Shown: piece after piece, positions 58,328 through 64,000 of the stretch | How positions within the stretch are numbered: the first letter of the stretch is position 1 | Layout of the letters: each line of letters starts with the position of its first letter | Source: Candidatus Ozemobacteraceae bacterium | GTDB taxonomy: Bacteria; Muiribacteriota; Ozemobacteria; Ozemobacterales; Ozemobacteraceae | Direction of reading: 5' to 3' | DNA: 64,000 nucleotides | Assembly: GCA_965140445.1 (NCBI GenBank) | Contig: OZ223236.1 | Coordinates: 1,664,001-1,728,000, forward strand | Translations under genes and position numbers: made by a program | The notes under the pieces: model-generated | The model's database searches: none | The model's input: the letters and a program-made list of their open reading frames with translations, nothing else | What the model was told of the DNA's origin: nothing

Positions 58328-59122
58328 TTGAAATTGCAATATAGATTTAAGATTGCGCTTCTAGCTTTCCTCTTTCTAGGCATTATCCCAGTTATTCTAG
58401 AAGCAAAGTGGGATAAACTAGCGGTTCTTGTTTATCATCATATTCAGGAAAAGGTAAGTTCCGATGTCTCTTGTACTCCAAAACAGTTTGATTCACAAAT
58501 GAATGCGCTAATTGAGTCCGGTTATACGCCACTTTCTTTGAGTCAGTTCAGACAATATCTTGTTGCTGGGCTTGAGGATATTGGAAAGCCAATATTAATT
58601 ACATTTGATGATGGTTATGAAAGTGTTTATCAATACGCATTGCCTGTTGCCAGGAAGTACAAAATTCCAATGATTGTTTTTGTCGTGACTTCTCGTATTG
58701 GTTTGAAACCGCAATTCGCGAGGTATTTGTCAGAAAAGCAGATTCGTGAAATGGACAAATCTGCTTTTTTTGAATTTGGTTCTCATACTCATAGTTTACA
58801 TGTTGATAGCATGAAGATTTTTGATGCATTTGAGGATAAAAGAAATAATCCTGTGTGCCGTTTGTTAAAAAGAGATCTCCGCATGTCTCGTGATAAGCTT
58901 TATGGAATAACAGGGAAGAATCCAATTGCTATTGCCTGGCCATACGGAAAATTTTGTTCTGAATTCACCAACATTGCAAGGGGTGTGGGGTTTAAACTTC
59001 ATTTTACAAGCCGATATGGTTATAACGAAGAAGGGTTTAATCCATATTTGATAAAGCGCATTCCGGTGAGCTCTAGAGATAATGAAAAAACAATTATCGA
59101 GAAACTCAGGGGTTACAGATAA
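58328..59122 (+). CDS. Polysaccharide deacetylase (CE4/NodB, IcaB/PgaB-like)
   Basis: Signal/TM segment, VLVYHH, ITFDDG, GSHTHSLH, AWPYG. Confidence 0.9.
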   Translation: MKLQYRFKIALLAFLFLGIIPVILEAKWDKLAVLVYHHIQEKVSSDVSCTPKQFDSQMNALIESGYTPLSLSQFRQYLVAGLEDIGKPILITFDDGYESVYQYALPVARKYKIPMIVFVVTSRIGLKPQFARYLSEKQIREMDKSAFFEFGSHTHSLHVDSMKIFDAFEDKRNNPVCRLLKRDLRMSRDKLYGITGKNPIAIAWPYGKFCSEFTNIARGVGFKLHFTSRYGYNEEGFNPYLIKRIPVSSRDNEKTIIEKLRGYR

Positions 59123-59234
59123 AACTACAGATTTTGCTTATTTCAGCAAAATGTTCATAGCCCTAATTTGGATTTAAAAATTTCGGTAATTCTTATTTTA
59201 TTCATTGGTAAAAAACAGAAAATACTACAAAGCT

Positions 59235-59294
59235 TAAAAAAGTAAAAGAGCATCTTTGAAACAATATTTCAAAGGTGCTCTTTTTACTTTTTTA
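59235..59294. terminator. Long imperfect inverted repeat, probable bidirectional terminator
   Basis: TAAAAAAGTAAAAGAGCATCTTTGAAA...TTTCAAAGGTGCTCTTTTTACTTTTTTA between convergent genes. Confidence 0.7.
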
Positions 59295-59314
59295 AAATAT
59301 CTTAATCTAAAAAA

Positions 59315-59983
59315 TCAAGCCTTGGCGGTTTCGTCATCTGAAGAATCTTCAACAACTTCGTTTTCCAATCCTTCTTCATCTGAGTCGTCCTGTGATTTTC
59401 TTTCACGTTTTTCTTTTTCCAGAGTGAAAGAAAGAACTATTTCGTCCATTGATTTTACTGTTTCCATCATTTGATCAACTTTATCAGTGTTGCCTGTTGA
59501 TTTTATTGCAGCAAGACCTGATTGAACCTCGTCAATTGATTCTTTTAGGTTAAGAACTTTATTTCTTAGCCCCATAGTCATTTCATTCATCGCATCAGCC
59601 AGATCTTTTAATTCATCTTTAGGTCTGAGCTTGATAAAGTGGGTTAAATCGCCTTCGCCAATATTCCTGACGACCCGCTCCATCCTGTAGACGGGCCCCG
59701 CAATCGTATGGGTTACAAAAATACAGATAAAGGCAACCACAAAGATGCTTATCAGTTCCGCAATAATGACCCCGGGCAGCAGCGCTTGCCCTAATTGTTT
59801 GCTGTCAACAGGCAGCTTGGATTCTTCGACCAGCTTATTTTCAAGTTTTTCAACTGAGAAGCCATAAACTAGTGCTCCAACGATATTGGCAACGATGATT
59901 ACTATAAGAATAAAAATCGCTGTTAACCTGCTCTGAAAGCCAGGTTTGATAAAATATCTTTTTCGGCGTCGGACTTGAGACAT
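59315..59983 (-). CDS. 2-TM HAMP-domain protein with short coiled coil and acidic tail
   Basis: RRKRYFIKPGFQ N-terminus, two TM helices, and HTIAGPVYRME...GDL...LRPKDELKDLA HAMP. Confidence 0.8.
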   Translation of the reverse strand: MSQVRRRKRYFIKPGFQSRLTAIFILIVIIVANIVGALVYGFSVEKLENKLVEESKLPVDSKQLGQALLPGVIIAELISIFVVAFICIFVTHTIAGPVYRMERVVRNIGEGDLTHFIKLRPKDELKDLADAMNEMTMGLRNKVLNLKESIDEVQSGLAAIKSTGNTDKVDQMMETVKSMDEIVLSFTLEKEKRERKSQDDSDEEGLENEVVEDSSDDETAKA

Positions 59984-60018
59984 TCAGTCACCCTCCCATA
60001 GTACTTTGGTTCAGATTA

Positions 60019-60429
60019 TCACAGCTTATTTTCAGATTCAACGTGATTATTACTAGTTTCCGTGTCAAATCTCAAAAAAGTTTCGTTGTTATGATCAGAA
60101 TTTCCTTCAGCAGTTTCGGAAATTAAATCCAGATATTGTGATTCATAGCTATTTGTAGGCATTTCAACTCCAGAATCTTCAGCATCATCCCAGGTTAGTT
60201 TTTCGTCTGAGTCATTTTCATCCCATTCATTTAAATATGCAGTCATGTCTGTTTCGTTTGTCGATGTTTTTTCTGAATTAGGGTTGAGCGGATCTGTTAA
60301 AGCTTCTGGAGTTCCAACTAGTATATCTATAGACTCTTTTGACAAAGCCAACGGTTCTTCTTTCAAAACTTCTGCGTGAAGCTGAGATGCTATTGCCAAA
60401 ATAAAAAAAATCAAAACTATTCTTTTCAT
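60019..60429 (-). CDS. Hypothetical secreted acidic protein
   Basis: Signal peptide MKRIVLIFFILAIASQLHA, D/E-rich body, AGGA RBS. Confidence 0.65.
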   Translation of the reverse strand: MKRIVLIFFILAIASQLHAEVLKEEPLALSKESIDILVGTPEALTDPLNPNSEKTSTNETDMTAYLNEWDENDSDEKLTWDDAEDSGVEMPTNSYESQYLDLISETAEGNSDHNNETFLRFDTETSNNHVESENKL

Positions 60430-60519
60430 AATTATTTCCTAAACTTGTCATTCTTTTTTACTAAATCGGAACTTTAACGTATAAATATAATAAGAAATTT
60501 TGTTACAAGAATTCGAAAG

Positions 60520-61206
60520 GTGAAATACATAATGAAAGATGGGGAGAAATTCAGATACAAATTTGAGCAGGGAAATAAAATATTTTATCGCGTGAATATT
60601 TTGGGAGAAATTTTAGTTTCTACGCCCATGGGAAAAATGAAAAACCCGGTAGAAATTTTTATGCGTATTTCACAAAAAATAAAAAGTATACAAAATGAAA
60701 CAGCATCAATTGAAGTGATTATTGAAAGCGCTGTGCCAGGTAAAAATATGGGTAGTGTTCCAATGCCGGAAACAGGGAAAATTTCCATGATGGAAATGAA
60801 CTCGAGAGGTTTGGTAAAGATGTTAAGCGGTGATTACGGCTGGCAGGGGGCTGAGTATTCCCAAATGCAATTTCCCGAAGAAAAAATTGAGTTGGGAAGT
60901 GATTGGGAGCAAATCACTGAGCCAGCATCCGGAAGCGGTTTCCCTCTTAAAACCAGATATGTCTATAAAGAATTTGATGAAAAGTCTGAGATGGCGGTTT
61001 TTGCGAGCGAGCTGTTTACCACTCCCACTCCATTTTCGCGTGCTGAAAAACTTGGCGAAGGTTGGTTTCGTTTTGACTCCAAAAACGGCTGGATCCATTC
61101 TTGTCTGAATAAAATCACACATTCATATACCATGCCTCTTCCAGAAGATCCTAACGTTAAGATTCAAACAGATACTTTGTTGGAAATAAAGATGGAAAGA
61201 GAATAG
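60520..61206 (+). CDS. Hypothetical beta-rich protein, first gene of the efflux operon
   Basis: 228-aa ORF ending 1 nt before the TolC gene. Start GTG 60520 or ATG 60532. Confidence 0.65.
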   Translation: MKYIMKDGEKFRYKFEQGNKIFYRVNILGEILVSTPMGKMKNPVEIFMRISQKIKSIQNETASIEVIIESAVPGKNMGSVPMPETGKISMMEMNSRGLVKMLSGDYGWQGAEYSQMQFPEEKIELGSDWEQITEPASGSGFPLKTRYVYKEFDEKSEMAVFASELFTTPTPFSRAEKLGEGWFRFDSKNGWIHSCLNKITHSYTMPLPEDPNVKIQTDTLLEIKMERE

Positions 61207-61207
61207 G

Positions 61208-62758
61208 ATGAATCGTTTTAGACCAATAGTTTTTATTTTTCTTGCTTTGATCATTCTTTCGCCAAGGGCTTTTTGCCAAGTTGAAGAAAAGGATAAAGAA
61301 GCATTAAGGGCAGTTAAAAAGTTTGCTGAAAAAGTCCTAAATGGGAATAGAGGCATTTTAAATCTTGATTCCCAGCAGACCATAGCAGAACTTAAAAAGC
61401 GGAAAAGTTTAAATGCTTTTTCTCCTGATTTTTCTCTGAATTATGATGGAAGCAAATCCGCAAATCGCAGCTATAACTCAATCACAGGCCTTGAAGAAGA
61501 TTATTCGACCCGAAGACGTAGTAACACAGCGTCCTTAAATCAAAAAACGGTTTTTGGTGATCTTGGTTTGAATTATTCTGGTAGCAAAACAGAGTTTACA
61601 AGTTCGCAAGCTAGTTACTTTGAGTCTATGTTTTTAAGTTTGCAGACTGGTATTTTAAGGCGCAACTTTCGAATTAATAAACTTGAACGCCGATTGGCTC
61701 ATTTAACCTTCAAGATTGAAACAGCAAGAAATGATGCTGTTTTAATGGATGTTTTGCTTGAAGGGTTTCAGGGGCTGTTTAATCGAATTCTATCTGAAAA
61801 AAATGCTTTTCAGAAAAAAGAAAATCTTGATTTTTACGCCACCCTGGTTGAAGAAGCTAAGATTAAATTAAAAAATGGAATGGGAAGTGAATTGGACCTG
61901 AAACAGTCTGATATGAGACTAAACCAGGCTTTAACCGGGCAAGAAGAAACAACCTTGCAGCTGAAAGAATATGATCGTCGTTTAAAACTACTCTTTGGAG
62001 AAGAAAAATGGGATTCTGAGCTTGCAAGTTTTTCGCTGGATTTAATTGTTGATGCAATTCCTGAAGAATTAGATCCAAAAAAAATGATTAAAACAGCATT
62101 TGAAAAGCGACCTGATTTTATTGCAGCTACGAATGAAACCAAGCTTCAGGAAACTGCTCTTAATATCGGAAAGGAGAATAAAAAGCCCGATTTATCAGCC
62201 GTTTTGAGCTGGGGAAAACAAGGGCGAAGCACTCAAAAAAGCCTTGCAAGCGACATGAGAGACAAGAACTGGAATCTGGCTATTGTATATAATACAAAGA
62301 TTGGACCAGATAACCAGAAGATAGATTTTAGGATAGAAAGAGAGCGATTAAAAAATCTGCGTAGAAATTTGAAACAAAAAGAAGAAGAGATCAAAGTCGC
62401 AATAATCAGGGGAATTGATAATCTCATTTTTTTTCGGAAAAATCTTGAGTCATTAAAAGCTTCCAGTAGATTGTCATCTGAAGTGCTAGAAGGCCAACGT
62501 TTAAATTTCCAGCTTGGGCGAATTTCGTTACTTGATTTAAGCAGGTATCAACAAGAAGCGGATAGCGCAAAAATTGCTGTTGTAAATGGTGAGACTCAGT
62601 TAATTATGAGTTGGCTGCGTTTAAAGTATGAAACAGGAGAACTGCTGGAGCTATTTTTACCTGAAAATAAGAAAAAATACGTGAAAAATCTCAGCGGGGA
62701 AAATTTTGAAATAGTTCCCGTTGAAATTGGTGATGAAGGCTCGGAGATATCAAATTGA
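61208..62758 (+). CDS. TolC-family outer membrane efflux protein
   Basis: Signal peptide, two OEP repeats (NGMGSELDL, AFEKRPD, KPDLS, FQLGRISLLDL). Confidence 0.8.
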   Translation: MNRFRPIVFIFLALIILSPRAFCQVEEKDKEALRAVKKFAEKVLNGNRGILNLDSQQTIAELKKRKSLNAFSPDFSLNYDGSKSANRSYNSITGLEEDYSTRRRSNTASLNQKTVFGDLGLNYSGSKTEFTSSQASYFESMFLSLQTGILRRNFRINKLERRLAHLTFKIETARNDAVLMDVLLEGFQGLFNRILSEKNAFQKKENLDFYATLVEEAKIKLKNGMGSELDLKQSDMRLNQALTGQEETTLQLKEYDRRLKLLFGEEKWDSELASFSLDLIVDAIPEELDPKKMIKTAFEKRPDFIAATNETKLQETALNIGKENKKPDLSAVLSWGKQGRSTQKSLASDMRDKNWNLAIVYNTKIGPDNQKIDFRIERERLKNLRRNLKQKEEEIKVAIIRGIDNLIFFRKNLESLKASSRLSSEVLEGQRLNFQLGRISLLDLSRYQQEADSAKIAVVNGETQLIMSWLRLKYETGELLELFLPENKKKYVKNLSGENFEIVPVEIGDEGSEISN

Positions 62759-64000
62759 AAAAGTCTGTGTCTGTCGCAATTGCATTTGTTTTATGTCTGA
62801 TAGTTGCAGGATGTGGCTCCGAATCAAAATCTAGAGAAATTGAATTTCATTTCAAAAAATCAACAATGAAAAAAACTTTGCATTTTAAAGGGCTAATTGA
62901 ACCGGCAAAGGCTACCAGCGTTTCTTTGAAAAAGGGTTATGGGACAATTGAGTGGATGGCTCCAGAAGGACAGTTTGTTGCCTCTGGGGAGACAATTGTG
63001 AAATTGAGAATGGACGATGCTGAAGAGGGATTTAGAGATGCCGATCTTAAGCTTTTTAAAGTGGAAAAAGATAAAGAAGAAAAAGAGATCTCAACTCCAT
63101 ATGATATCTCCTTGAAAAGGAAGGATTTCTTTGAAAAAAAGCTTTTACTTGAGCAGGGAAGATTTGATCATTACCATCTTTTAAAAGGTGAAACTGAGGA
63201 TAAAATAAAAACTGCTGAATCTGAGAAAAAGAAGAACCTTTTTGAGTTAAGTTTTTCTCAGGCTTTTTTAGAATTTCAAAAACAAATTGCGAAAAAAGGC
63301 TTTTCAAGCTCTTTTGACTTACAAAGTCGGGAAATCGATACTTTTTCAAAGGAAGTTGAGCTTGATTATTCAAAACGCTATTTTGACAAGCTTTTTGATC
63401 CACCTTTGGAGGAAGAACTTACCAAAACCGAGTATCAAATAGATGTGGCTTCAGGCGAATTGTGGCTTTCTCGCAACAACATTGTTTCCGCTTCTTTGTC
63501 CGCTCAAATAATTATGAAAAGTGCTGAAGCTGTTGTAGAAATGCGAAAAGCAAGATGGAAATCCTATAAAGAAACTCTGGAACAGAAAGTTATTTGCGCA
63601 CCACATCCTGGAATGGTTATTGTTCCAACTCTCTGGGGAGTTTTTAAGTTTTCGGTTGGGCAACAAGTCTGGCCAAGGGTTGGATTTATGAAAATTGCAG
63701 GGAATGAAGGTTTTTATGTTTCAGCAATTGTTGATGAAACGATTTCTTCTGAATTAAAACAGGATGCTTCTGCTACAGTTCGGTTGGAAGCTGATCCAGA
63801 AAAAGTATTTCAGGCAAAAATTCGAAGTATAAGTAAGTCCGCAAAGAGCTCCAGAGGGAAGCAAAGTGGGTTCAAGAAGTTTCCGGTTGAGCTGGATATA
63901 AACTATGGCAGTAATACATTAACCGTTGGTTCAAAAGTCGATGTTAGTGTTGATCTGGTTGGTAGTGATGGAGTTTATATTCCAAGAGATGCTGTTAAAG
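62755..64000 (+). CDS. Efflux periplasmic adaptor (HlyD/MFP family) lipoprotein, truncated by the window end
   Basis: TTG start overlaps the TolC stop. MKKSVSVAIAFVLCLIVAG-C lipobox, lipoyl half-motifs IEWMAPEGQFVASGE and APHPGMV flanking a coiled coil. No stop before the window end. Confidence 0.8.
   Translation, partial: MKKSVSVAIAFVLCLIVAGCGSESKSREIEFHFKKSTMKKTLHFKGLIEPAKATSVSLKKGYGTIEWMAPEGQFVASGETIVKLRMDDAEEGFRDADLKLFKVEKDKEEKEISTPYDISLKRKDFFEKKLLLEQGRFDHYHLLKGETEDKIKTAESEKKKNLFELSFSQAFLEFQKQIAKKGFSSSFDLQSREIDTFSKEVELDYSKRYFDKLFDPPLEEELTKTEYQIDVASGELWLSRNNIVSASLSAQIIMKSAEAVVEMRKARWKSYKETLEQKVICAPHPGMVIVPTLWGVFKFSVGQQVWPRVGFMKIAGNEGFYVSAIVDETISSELKQDASATVRLEADPEKVFQAKIRSISKSAKSSRGKQSGFKKFPVELDINYGSNTLTVGSKVDVSVDLVGSDGVYIPRDAVK

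Noticed and set aside
1..64000. CRISPR arrays, tRNA/rRNA genes, transposases, integrases, prophage genes
   Set aside because: No spaced direct repeats, cloverleaf-like sequences or matching protein motifs seen by eye; intergenic gaps are short and mostly explained.

Overview
AT-rich bacterial chromosomal window with about 43 CDS and no rRNA, tRNA, CRISPR array or transposase that I can see. The gene style (large cyclase expansion, pilin-like triplet, HEAT proteins) suggests a Candidatus Riflebacteria-like organism, but this is inference only. Housekeeping or metabolic genes are sfsA, long-form hutU, hisC-like, pyk, metK, an MFS and a CPA2 transporter, and TolC plus an adaptor. Three things stand out. 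(1) There are ten class III nucleotide cyclase genes. Eight are ~1000-aa 4-TM/HAMP receptors that occur as four adjacent pairs with complementary catalytic half-sites: one partner keeps the metal-binding Asp pair and P-loop, the other keeps the K/T, N/R and KGK residues. This predicts obligate heterodimers like the mammalian C1/C2 domains. Three of the pairs form a strictly alternating ~18-kb operon. (2) A compact retron with no visible effector lies between pyk and a DUF445 gene: sigma70-like promoter, structured ncRNA with a1/a2 repeats, and an RT with NAxxH, YADD and ITG motifs. (3) An unannotated 49-aa membrane peptide gene has a near-consensus sigma28-type promoter, RBS and terminator. 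All family calls come from motif recognition by eye; no searches were run.
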